A DNA stretch of 33,815 nucleotides, taken from Macrostomum lignano (Eukaryota). The DNA lies in assembly GCA_002269645.1 (NCBI GenBank), contig NIVC01001609.1, forward strand, positions 1-33,815, written 5' to 3'. Positions 11,901-22,766 of this stretch are shown here, piece after piece (the first letter of the stretch is position 1; each line of letters starts with the position of its first letter). A program made the translations under genes and the position numbers. The notes under the pieces were generated by a model. It was not told the origin of the DNA, did not search any database, and saw nothing but the letters and a program-made list of their open reading frames with translations.

Positions 11901-14900
11901 GGAGTATCAACAGCAGCTGAACGATCTTCGCGAGAAAGTTCGTACCACGGAGGAGCTTAAATCTGCGATCGAGACCGACTGCAGTGATCTGACATCTCGT
12001 CTAGCTGAAGTGAATCAGCTGTTAGAATCTAAAGACGAAGCGCTTACAAAATCTAGCGACAGAATCCAAGAGGTTGAAGTCGAGAAGGAGATGCTGGAAG
12101 AGAAGCTGCGTTCGCTACAAGAAGAGCACGACCATGTGTGCGAGTCGAAATCGTCGAAGGAGAAGGAGGTGGAGGAGCTGCGATCGCGGTTGTCAGAGTT
12201 ACAGAACGAAGCAGTGTGCTCTTCTGAGAAAGCTACTGAGCTTGAAGCACAGGTGCTGGAGTATCAACAGCAGCTGAACGATCTTCGCGAGAAAGTTCGT
12301 ACCACGGAGGAGCTTAAATCTGCGATCGAGACCGACTGCAGTGATCTGACATCTCGTCTAGCTGAAGTGAATCAGCTGTTAGAATCTAAAGACGAAGCGC
12401 TTACAAAATCTAGCGACAGAATCCAAGAGGTTGAAGTCGAGAAGGAGATGCTGGAAGAGAAGCTGCGTTCGCTACAAGAAGAGCACGACCATGTGTGCGA
12501 GTCGAAATCGTCGAAGGAGAAGGAGGTGGAGGAGCTGCGATCGCGGTTGTCAGAGTTACAGAACGAAGCAGTGTGCTCTTCTGAGAAAGCTACTGAGCTT
12601 GAAGCACAGGTGCTGGAGTATCAACAGCAGCTGAACGATCTTCGCGAGAAAGTTCGTACCACGGAGGAGCTTAAATCTGCGATCGAGACCGACTGCAGTG
12701 ATCTGACATCTCGTCTAGCTGAAGTGAATCAGCTGTTAGAATCTAAAGACGAAGCGCTTACAAAATCTAGCGACAGAATCCAAGAGGTTGAAGTCGAGAA
12801 GGAGATGCTGGAAGAGAAGCTGCGTTCGCTACAAGAAGAGCACGACCATGTGTGCGAGTCGAAATCGTCGAAGGAGAAGGAGGTGGAGGAGCTGCGATCG
12901 CGGTTGTCAGAGTTACAGAACGAAGCAGTGTGCTCTTCTGAGAAAGCTACTGAGCTTGAAGCACAGGTGCTGGAGTATCAACAGCAGCTGAACGATCTTC
13001 GCGAGAAAGTTCGTACCACGGAGGAGCTTAAATCTGCGATCGAGACCGACTGCAGTGATCTGACATCTCGTCTAGCTGAAGTGAATCAGCTGTTAGAATC
13101 TAAAGACGAAGCGCTTACAAAATCTAGCGACAGAATCCAAGAGGTTGAAGTCGAGAAGGAGATGCTGGAAGAGAAGCTGCGTTCGCTACAAGAAGAGCAC
13201 GACCATGTGTGCGAGTCGAAATCGTCGAAGGAGAAGGAGGTGGAGGAGCTGCGATCGCGGTTGTCAGAGTTACAGAACGAAGCAGTGTGCTCTTCTGAGA
13301 AAGCTACTGAGCTTGAAGCACAGGTGCTGGAGTATCAACAGCAGCTGAACGATCTTCGCGAGAAAGTTCGTACCACGGAGGAGCTTAAATCTGCGATCGA
13401 GACCGACTGCAGTGATCTGACATCTCGTCTAGCTGAAGTGAATCAGCTGTTAGAATCTAAAGACGAAGCGCTTACAAAATCTAGCGACAGAATCCAAGAG
13501 GTTGAAGTCGAGAAGGAGATGCTGGAAGAGAAGCTGCGTTCGCTACAAGAAGAGCACGACCATGTGTGCGAGTCGAAATCGTCGAAGGAGAAGGAGGTGG
13601 AGGAGCTGCGATCGCGGTTGTCAGAGTTACAGAACGAAGCAGTGTGCTCTTCTGAGAAAGCTACTGAGCTTGAAGCACAGGTGCTGGAGTATCAACAGCA
13701 GCTGAACGATCTTCGCGAGAAAGTTCGTACCACGGAGGAGCTTAAATCTGCGATCGAGACCGACTGCAGTGATCTGACATCTCGTCTAGCTGAAGTGAAT
13801 CAGCTGTTAGAATCTAAAGACGAAGCGCTTACAAAATCTAGCGACAGAATCCAAGAGGTTGAAGTCGAGAAGGAGATGCTGGAAGAGAAGCTGCGTTCGC
13901 TACAAGAAGAGCACGACCATGTGTGCGAGTCGAAATCGTCGAAGGAGAAGGAGGTGGAGGAGCTGCGATCGCGGTTGTCAGAGTTACAGAACGAAGCAGT
14001 GTGCTCTTCTGAGAAAGCTACTGAGCTTGAAGCACAGGTGCTGGAGTATCAACAGCAGCTGAACGATCTTCGCGAGAAAGTTCGTACCACGGAGGAGCTT
14101 AAATCTGCGATCGAGACCGACTGCAGTGATCTGACATCTCGTCTAGCTGAAGTGAATCAGCTGTTAGAATCTAAAGACGAAGCGCTTACAAAATCTAGCG
14201 ACAGAATCCAAGAGGTTGAAGTCGAGAAGGAGATGCTGGAAGAGAAGCTGCGTTCGCTACAAGAAGAGCACGACCATGTGTGCGAGTCGAAATCGTCGAA
14301 GGAGAAGGAGGTGGAGGAGCTGCGATCGCGGTTGTCAGAGTTACAGAACGAAGCAGTGTGCTCTTCTGAGAAAGCTACTGAGCTTGAAGCACAGGTGCTG
14401 GAGTATCAACAGCAGCTGAACGATCTTCGCGAGAAAGTTCGTACCACGGAGGAGCTTAAATCTGCGATCGAGACCGACTGCAGTGATCTGACATCTCGTC
14501 TAGCTGAAGTGAATCAGCTGTTAGAATCTAAAGACGAAGCGCTTACAAAATCTAGCGACAGAATCCAAGAGGTTGAAGTCGAGAAGGAGATGCTGGAAGA
14601 GAAGCTGCGTTCGCTACAAGAAGAGCACGACCATGTGTGCGAGTCGAAATCGTCGAAGGAGAAGGAGGTGGAGGAGCTGCGATCGCGGTTGTCAGAGTTA
14701 CAGAACGAAGCAGTGTGCTCTTCTGAGAAAGCTACTGAGCTTGAAGCACAGGTGCTGGAGTATCAACAGCAGCTGAACGATCTTCGCGAGAAAGTTCGTA
14801 CCACGGAGGAGCTTAAATCTGCGATCGAGACCGACTGCAGTGATCTGACATCTCGTCTAGCTGAAGTGAATCAGCTGTTAGAATCTAAAGACGAAGCGCT

Positions 14901-17575
14901 TACAAAATCTAGCGACAGAATCCAAGAGGTTGAAGTCGAGAAGGAGATGCTGGAAGAGAAGCTGCGTTCGCTACAAGAAGAGCACGACCATGTGTGCGAG
15001 TCGAAATCGTCGAAGGAGAAGGAGGTGGAGGAGCTGCGATCGCGGTTGTCAGAGTTACAGAACGAAGCAGTGTGCTCTTCTGAGAAAGCTACTGAGCTTG
15101 AAGCACAGGTGCTGGAGTATCAACAGCAGCTGAACGATCTTCGCGAGAAAGTTCGTACCACGGAGGAGCTTAAATCTGCGATCGAGACCGACTGCAGTGA
15201 TCTGACATCTCGTCTAGCTGAAGTGAATCAGCTGTTAGAATCTAAAGACGAAGCGCTTACAAAATCTAGCGACAGAATCCAAGAGGTTGAAGTCGAGAAG
15301 GAGATGCTGGAAGAGAAGCTGCGTTCGCTACAAGAAGAGCACGACCATGTGTGCGAGTCGAAATCGTCGAAGGAGAAGGAGGTGGAGGAGCTGCGATCGC
15401 GGTTGTCAGAGTTACAGAACGAAGCAGTGTGCTCTTCTGAGAAAGCTACTGAGCTTGAAGCACAGGTGCTGGAGTATCAACAGCAGCTGAACGATCTTCG
15501 CGAGAAAGTTCGTACCACGGAGGAGCTTAAATCTGCGATCGAGACCGACTGCAGTGATCTGACATCTCGTCTAGCTGAAGTGAATCAGCTGTTAGAATCT
15601 AAAGACGAAGCGCTTACAAAATCTAGCGACAGAATCCAAGAGGTTGAAGTCGAGAAGGAGATGCTGGAAGAGAAGCTGCGTTCGCTACAAGAAGAGCACG
15701 ACCATGTGTGCGAGTCGAAATCGTCGAAGGAGAAGGAGGTGGAGGAGCTGCGATCGCGGTTGTCAGAGTTACAGAACGAAGCAGTGTGCTCTTCTGAGAA
15801 AGCTACTGAGCTTGAAGCACAGGTGCTGGAGTATCAACAGCAGCTGAACGATCTTCGCGAGAAAGTTCGTACCACGGAGGAGCTTAAATCTGCGATCGAG
15901 ACCGACTGCAGTGATCTGACATCTCGTCTAGCTGAAGTGAATCAGCTGTTAGAATCTAAAGACGAAGCGCTTACAAAATCTAGCGACAGAATCCAAGAGG
16001 TTGAAGTCGAGAAGGAGATGCTGGAAGAGAAGCTGCGTTCGCTACAAGAAGAGCACGACCATGTGTGCGAGTCGAAATCGTCGAAGGAGAAGGAGGTGGA
16101 GGAGCTGCGATCCCGATTGTGTGAGTCGCAGATGAAGTTACTTGAAAGTGAAGAGGCTTTATCGAAGATTTCTGAGGAAAACGCTTATCTAAGTGACAAG
16201 CTTGATAATGAAGTGAAATCTGCTGCGTCTTCCACAGCCAGAGTTGAATCGCTAAACGCGGAAGTTCTTCAGAAAGAATATGAGATTATTGCTTTTCAAA
16301 ATTCTATTTCGTCAGCGGAAGCAAAGATAGCTGCTTTGGAATCTTCTTTTGCCAGTTTATGCGATGAAAAATTAAAGCTTGAAAATGAATTTCAGCTTAA
16401 GGCATCGCAGTACGTTGAATTGGAGTGTCGAATTCGTAACCTTGAGGCTTGGAATAGCTCGACTAAGTCTTCGTTGGATTCGAAAGTAGCTGAACTTGCC
16501 GCTATGGAGGAACTGCTCAAGGAAGCAAACACTAAGCTAGACGGCGCTTGCGCTAATGCTTCCGCTCTTGAGAGTGAGCACTCCGAGATGCAGCGTAGAA
16601 ATGTAGAATTGTCCAACGCTCTGGCAACTAAAGTTGTTGAGCTAAGCCGAGCCGAGGAGCATAGAGAGGCAGTACTTTCTGATCTGTCCGATGTTAAAAA
16701 ACAGCTCGCCGACTGCAGCCAGGAGTTAGTCTCAAGTCGCGAGCTGTTTCAAGCGGAGATCCACCAACTTAATGATGACATCAAGGTCAAAGAGCAATCG
16801 ATCGCCGAGACAACCGCCAGTCTGGCTGCTGCTCGGCAGGAAATCGAAAAATCAGTTAGCGAAGTGTCTACGCTGCAGTCTCGGCTTGATAACACCAAGA
16901 TGAAGGTTGGATTTCTGGAGACCGAGTTGGCCGCCTTTAAGGCGTTTGACGCCAATTCTGAATGCGCCCAGCAGGATTGTCCAAATTTGCCTAAGCTGCG
17001 CGACTCCAAAGCAACCATTTCTGGTCTTGAGGTTAGAATCGATTATATCCAACATGCTTTACTAAAGTAGTATAATACGAGCTAGTATATATATAAATAT
17101 AACTTGTTCATGACTCGGTGATTTTCATGCACTCCCCTAATTTTCGTTAAGAATCTCGCCTAATTCCCCTAAAGAATCTTCCTCAATTCCCCTAAATAAT
17201 CTCCGTCGATTAAGAATTCCTTATATCCTTCCTCCCCCAAATAAGATTCAGCTATGCGCCAACGCTAAACAACGATACATATTGCAGGTTCGACTGCGCC
17301 AGCTCGGTAAGATGTATCGCAGTCTGCGACCAGCCAACGCAGCCGCTGCCGCCGCTCAGCCGACCGCCGCAGCTTCGACTGCCACGCCTGAACTCGCCAC
17401 GGTCGCCGCCGCCGCTGCCGCAGTCCCAGCCGCCACCCTCCGGTCGCGTCAGCCGACTCAGTCGGCTTCTAACGCTGCTTCCAGCGTCGGCGGAGTCAAC
17501 TCGCCGCGCTCGTCGCGTCGTCGGACGTCAGCTGCGCCGGAAGAGGAGCGGCCGCCCAACTGCAAGACGTCTTGA
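2944..17575 (+). CDS. Giant tandem-repeat coiled-coil protein of unknown identity, ~4,762 aa as modelled; exons 2944-3088, 3176-17031, 17288-17575
   Basis: ATG at 2944 is open to a GTAAGT donor at 3089. A pyrimidine-rich TTTTGCAG acceptor ending 3175 joins in frame (phase 1) to the 4,628-aa ORF. A phase-0 GAG|GTTAGA donor at 17032 and a TTGCAG| acceptor ending 17287 join in frame to ORF 17282..17575. Unspliced, the ORF ends at 17070. Exon 2 is very secure; exons 1 and 3 are inferred from splice signals and phase. Confidence 0.85.
3901..4215 (+). repeat. Diverged 105-aa copy of the coiled-coil repeat unit preceding the perfect array
   Basis: QLQLLQ...EVDNLQSRLSKLQDEA...LLHYQQQLDDLR...DLNSRL aligns without gaps to KLRSLQ...EVEELRSRLSELQNEA...VLEYQQQLNDLR...DLTSRL. 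It is 14 aa shorter at its C-terminal end. Confidence 0.85.
4216..16112 (+). repeat. Coding tandem array: 33 full copies plus a 116-bp partial copy of a 357-bp (119-aa) unit
   Basis: Units start at 4216+357n. The alternate-frame ORF recurs identically every 357 bp (4577...15644). The only differences I saw are two synonymous changes at the start of copy 1 (4221, 4224). Confidence 0.98.
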
Positions 17576-17642
17576 ATATCTACTGAGTTGGTCATTGCTG
17601 AATCCGTGTGGTATGGGACTGACGTTCTTTGTGGGCACCATT

Positions 17643-18245
17643 GACTCTGCCACTCTTGTCTTGTCTCCCTCTTCGTTTACTCTGCCACCCCGCTCTGTGA
17701 CTCTGCCACCCTCTCTATGACTCTGCCACCCTCTCTGACTCTGCCACCCTCTCTATGACTCTGCCACCCGCTATATGACTCTGCCACCCTCTCTATGACT
17801 CTGCCACCCTCTCTATGACTCTGCCACCCGCTATATGACTCTGCCACCCTCTCTATGACTCTGCCACCCTCTCTATGACTCTGCCACCCTCTCTATGACT
17901 CTGCCACCCGCTATATGACTCTGCCACCCTCTCTATGACTCTGCCACTCTTGTCTTGTCTCCCTCTTCCTTTACTCTACCACCCGCTATATGACTCTGCC
18001 ACTCCGCTCTATGACTCTGCCACCCTCTCTATGACTCTGCCACCCTCTCTATGACTCTGCCACCCTCTCTATGACTCTGCCACCCTCTCTATGACTCTGC
18101 CACCCTGATCTATGATTCTGCCACCCTTTTTATGACTCTGCCACCCTCTCTGACTCTTCCACCCTCTCTATGACTCTGCCACCCTCTCTGACTCTTCCAC
18201 CCTCTCTATGACTCTTCCACCCTGCTCTATGATTCTGCCACCCCA
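17643..18245. repeat. Pyrimidine-rich ~20-bp minisatellite (ATGACTCTGCCACCCTCTCT) with a higher-order block
   Basis: Many tandem copies with variants (CCCGCTAT, CTTCCACC). The spacer block GACTCTGCCACTCTTGTCTTGTCTCCCTCTTC occurs at 17643 and 17937. Confidence 0.95.
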
Positions 18246-19386
18246 CTCCCTATTCTTCGGCGCATCTAATCCAATCGATACACGACTACATGCTTAAATA
18301 GTTTCTAAAGTACGACCACGGAAGTAGTTTCGGAAGTAAGATGTCGTTTATTGCATCCATTGTTTGAAAAAATAAGCGTTTTTCCTACGATTTTTCCCCA
18401 TAATTTTGTTCCCTTTAGATTTTCTGTTTCTAAGTGAGGAATTCTTGTTTGACGAAATTCCTTATAATTTTTCCTCATTTAAACATTGCTGCGACTTTAT
18501 TATCTTGTGTTGCTATTCTGTTGCTAACCACTTTTACAGCTAGAATCTTTATTTTGTTTTAAGTCTCTACAAGCTTATTACAGGTACTCTGCTCTGCAAA
18601 AAATATCGAATTCCGGTCAGAATTTATTTGTAAGCATTTCTGGGTCAATAAATACAAATATGTGCATTTTAAATTGACTATTCAGCTCTCGAAAGCCATT
18701 TTTGCATAATTAGCTCCATTCATTTATATCTCTATTGCCCGATTCTATTTATACTACTGCTATTGCTAAGTAGGTATACGAGTATAAGATTTTGCGTGCC
18801 AACAAAGTTTAATTACATATGTATAAGATACTCGGCAGTTTCTCCAGCCGCATTTATTCATTAATAATTTTTCAGTTGAAAACACTTACAAGTCTCGTCA
18901 GCCAGTCTTGTCGAGTTCGATTTCATAACTAAGCTCCTATTTTTTTACTTTTGCTCTTAATTCACTTTTTAATTGCCGAATTTATTGATTTCTCACGTTC
19001 TGTGCGTTTAATTTTCGATTTGAAAACATCTTCGTGATTTAATTAATACACACAACCAGCTTAATAAATTGCCATTTGTCACAGCTAGCATTTCTTAGCT
19101 GAGTTGGTTTCTTTTTAAATTGCTTTGGTGCAGTAATGCAGTTTAGTCAGTTCTTAGGTTCTAGTCATTTAGGAAAACTACAAGCGTACAATTGATTAAT
19201 TGCCTGACTGATTTCAGCTTTGAACTTGACACAAAGATGCGTAATGACAAGTGGGGTGAGCGGTAAATGCGTCCGACCGTCGCGATTCCGCAAACGGCTA
19301 CATTAAATTTGCGGTTTTGCACACGAACATTGGCTTCGGGCTAGCCTAAGTGCTAATTCGCTCGTATGTGCATGTATGAAGCATGT

Positions 19387-19583
19387 AAGGACTGTAAGGG
19401 GGTTGCCACACACACCCTCAATTACCCCAGCTAATGCTGGTACCCATTTTACAGCTGGGTGAACTGAAGCAATGCAGAGTTCAGTGTCTTGCTCAAGGAC
19501 ACAAATTGTTCCGAGTGAGTGGAGAATCGCACCTCCGAAATTTAATTCGTGAGCCCGACGCTCTGACCACTAGGCTACAACCC
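19387..19583 (-). mobile_element. tRNA-derived SINE, copy 1 (3' end uncertain, may extend toward ~19240)
   Basis: The minus strand begins GGGTTGTAGCCTAGTGGTCAGAGCG (A-box-like), followed by a degenerate B box and TGTGTCCTTGAGCAAGACAC...CACCCAGCTGTAAAATGGGTACC, a core typical of conserved-domain metazoan SINEs. A homologous copy lies at 30977-31141. Confidence 0.8.
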
Positions 19584-19858
19584 TTCCTTATGGGCACGGA
19601 TGCATCGATCCAGGAGTCGTGGCGCAAGAGTCACACGGAAAAATCTCGTACTAAAAATCTCTAATTGGCTGCATTGATGTACGAATACGATTCGCTGCAC
19701 CCATGAGGGCCAACTCCAAAAGCTCAGAGAGTGTACATGCCTGACGATTAGAAATTCAGGGCCATCGATGTACACTCTGTAAGCGCTTTTTAGCGCCGCA
19801 TACACTCAAATTAGCAATTAGCAATTTAGCCCTGAAGCAAAACTACTGATTTCCATAA

Positions 19859-19964
19859 CAGGTCATGGTGTAGTGGGGGGGGACAAAGCTTTAGGATGTC
19901 CCCCCATAGATTTTAATGGGGGAATATGTCCCCCTGCCCCCCCCCCTCGGTAGCGACGCCCCTG
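19859..19964. mobile_element. Possible short MITE-like remnant with G-run/C-run imperfect inverted ends
   Basis: CAGG...GTAGTGGGGGGGGAC at the left and GCCCCCCCCCCTCGGTAGCGACGCCCCTG at the right. No target-site duplication is visible. Confidence 0.3.
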
Positions 19965-20184
19965 CTGTGGTTATCACGCAACTGAATAGACTTGCGTCAC
20001 CATGATCAGGTCCAATTGCAGTTGCAGCGGCTGGGCCTTTGGTTGCCTCACCTTGGCCAACTGGCAAAAACCGAAGACAAACTCTTATCTAATCTCAACC
20101 GATTTGTTTCCGAGCACGCCATTAAATTTTATTTATAGCTTTAAAACAAGAAAGTTTTGTAATACAAACAAAAGCTTTGTACAG

Positions 20185-20472
20185 TTAGTATTTCAACTTT
20201 CCTAGGTAGAATTTGCGCAGCACAGCTTTGAAGTTCACGTACCGGTGGATCAAGCGGAACTCGTTAGTTGCATCCCGGCCGGCCACTTCCAGCAGCTTGT
20301 CTTTGCCGCCTGGGTGGAATTTTAAGTAGCTGGTAACGTCGAAGACTAGGCCTTCTAACGCAATCCAGCAGCTGTTCTCGTCAGTGTGAAGCCTCAGTTC
20401 ATCGAACGTGATCCACTCTGTGCTGCTTACCGATTTCCGCGATTCTTGGAAACTTTTCCACTGCTTGTCCAT
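20185..20472 (-). CDS. Stand-alone cytochrome b5-like heme-binding protein, 95 aa, intronless as seen
   Basis: ITFDELRLH..ENSCWIALEGLVFDVTSYLKFHPGGKDKLLEVAGRDATNEF..IHRYVN..LGKL: HPGG motif plus a second His in HxxVN, resembling the b5 domain of CYB5R4/IRC21-type proteins. There is an in-frame stop upstream of the ATG. Confidence 0.9.
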   Translation of the reverse strand: MDKQWKSFQESRKSVSSTEWITFDELRLHTDENSCWIALEGLVFDVTSYLKFHPGGKDKLLEVAGRDATNEFRLIHRYVNFKAVLRKFYLGKLKY

Positions 20473-22480
20473 TTTGCCGGCGTCGGCATTTTTCTCCTTT
20501 GCGCGTGTGGAATCTATTTTTTTTCCTTCAATCTTTACCGCTTTGCAGTTTGTTTATGGTCGTAAGTTAATGGTAGATTGTGTATATATGGTTTTGGAGG
20601 TGGACAATGGTTGATTAATTTTTCACGAGCGACTAAAACTAATCATTTTCTATAACAAAATTATATGCACAAACACATCATGTATTTTTAGTAGCCTTAA
20701 TTAAATAATGAGCGTACAGCATGCATGGTACAATGAATATAGTTATATGGTTTGCTGTGCTGTAAAATCGATACCACGAATACCATGTAGATTCATAGAA
20801 ATCTGGATACCTAAATGGCTATACATATAACATGTACGTGTTACAATGCAAATGTGGGTTAGAGTAAAGTAACGTAAAACAACAATCAAGGGCGAATTAA
20901 ATATCGTTAAGTAGTCGTCCTTTTGGTCGTAATCCGTGTACATTGTAAATACGAAGCGTAAACATGCAGCTAGCTGTGCAAGATTCAACTGTAGATCTAA
21001 TGTTCACTGTATGCTGCCGTAGAACTACAGTTTATAATGTATACATTTATATGTAATTTGGAGAAACCTATAATGCCAAAAATTAATGTGTATGAAAATT
21101 TTGTACTGATCATAAACACCTTAAGGGTACAGCTAGCTGCATGTATGCATTCAATGTAATGCAGTGGAACAGTATTTGAGTTGTAAGTTTACAGCGAGTA
21201 CCCAATTGCATAAACCAAAATGTTAATAATTTTTAAATATAGAAATTAAAGCTTATTTATACATGCAGTGCATTTATGACAATAAGATATTTAGCAGCGC
21301 GGTATGCTTTTTTGGCGGTTTTTTTTGAAAACCAGAAAGACTGAAGGACTCCGAAAAAATGTCATCATCAATTTTTTCATCAGAATTCAGACCTATGTGC
21401 CATCTACACACATATGCATACGCGCCCGGCAATTAAGTTGCCTGTGTCTGGCCTATGCTGAGGCCTGAAATACTCCTAATTACGACGTAAATTTAAACCA
21501 GTATGGTATCAACAGAGATCAATAAAAACTTTATCTGTTACCTAATACTTTAGCAAGTGTTAAAATATATTTTGAAGCTATCAAAATATAATTTAATAAA
21601 GACTTACCGCTTATTTGCTATCAATTTGTTATAAACATATCTTGCTATAGAAATTACCAGAGTCGGATCAAATTCAGTTTTTTCAATTTTATTCAAATTT
21701 ATTGGATTTTGTAGGCAGCCAGCGTCACTAATGTTTATAAAACGGTAAATAACAAAGTTAATTCATCGCAAAATGTACAATAAAAATGTAAAAAGTACAC
21801 ATCAAAGATCCAGCAGCCTCCTCTTTATCCTTCGATTTTAAGAATGGCAATAGACATGATAGCTATTACCTAGCTCTAGCTGCGCTGCCCAACAAGTGAC
21901 TGTTTTAAAAACTTTTGCTTCTTATTCTGAATTTTATTGCTTCCTCTGTTTTTTAAACAAGCTTAAGCGCCTTAGTTTGTCATTTATTTTCGTATAGAAC
22001 TCAGTGCATGCCATGAACTGCATTTTTGTAATGATCACTATAAACCACAGCTTATATGTCATTCTAAATCAGCTGTATGAATCATATGAATTATATGAAT
22101 CAGCTGTAGTTTCAAAATTTAATATATTTATTATGCAAGTCTTAATTTTTTTAAACCCTAAAATACATAAATTGTAACTTTTTCATTTATTACTCATTTA
22201 GACTTTTTTGAAGATTATGCTTTTAAGACATATTACTGATATCCTTTCTCATATAAATTTAAACTTACTTTATGTTTTGTTTTAATTGCAGTGGGATATT
22301 CCTATAATGCTCAGATGTTATATTTTTTTGTGGATTAGACCCCAATATTAGATAGTATTATAGAAAATTAATCGGGGAACAATTTTTAGTTTTTTATTTT
22401 ACCAGATGTTATAGAGCAATATTTAAAAATATTATTAGTTTTTGTATTGTACTTTACTGTGCACTTATATGGTTTGTCAG

Positions 22481-22539
22481 ATGCTGTCGGTGCAACCACA
22501 ACCGGATTGTTGGGATCGTTCACGGAGATTTCAACGCGG
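22481..22539 (+). CDS. Possible short upstream coding exon of the WD40 gene (MLSVQPQPDCWDRSRRFQRG)
   Basis: TTTGTCAG|ATG at 22481 and a GG|GTATAT donor at 22540 (phase 2) join in frame to the TTTTAAG| acceptor ending 22750 and then to ATG 22767. Confidence 0.4.
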
Positions 22540-22766
22540 GTATATAAAAATATATATTCACAAGTATATATGTTTACACGTATGTATTATTTGATTATGT
22601 TATATAATTAGTAGAAAGATGCATTATTTCATTAATAGCTCCTTTGGTGTAGCGAAATAAGATCTATTCTGTAACACTATTGTGAAGCTGAAAAAAACTT
22701 TAACCAAACAACCGCATTAATAAATAAATTATACCAAACTCCGTTTTAAGGTACCGGACCGCCGCA

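Noticed and set aside
4577-15847. Thirty-two identical 67-aa Arg-rich ORFs (MKSRRRCWKR...)
   Set aside because: Alternate-frame shadows of the 357-bp coding repeat, starting at TTG; no independent evidence.
4216-16112. CRISPR-like or non-coding satellite interpretation of the regular array
   Set aside because: There are no unique spacers, the context is eukaryotic, and the unit is in frame, heptad-phased and has a diverged protein-level homolog upstream.
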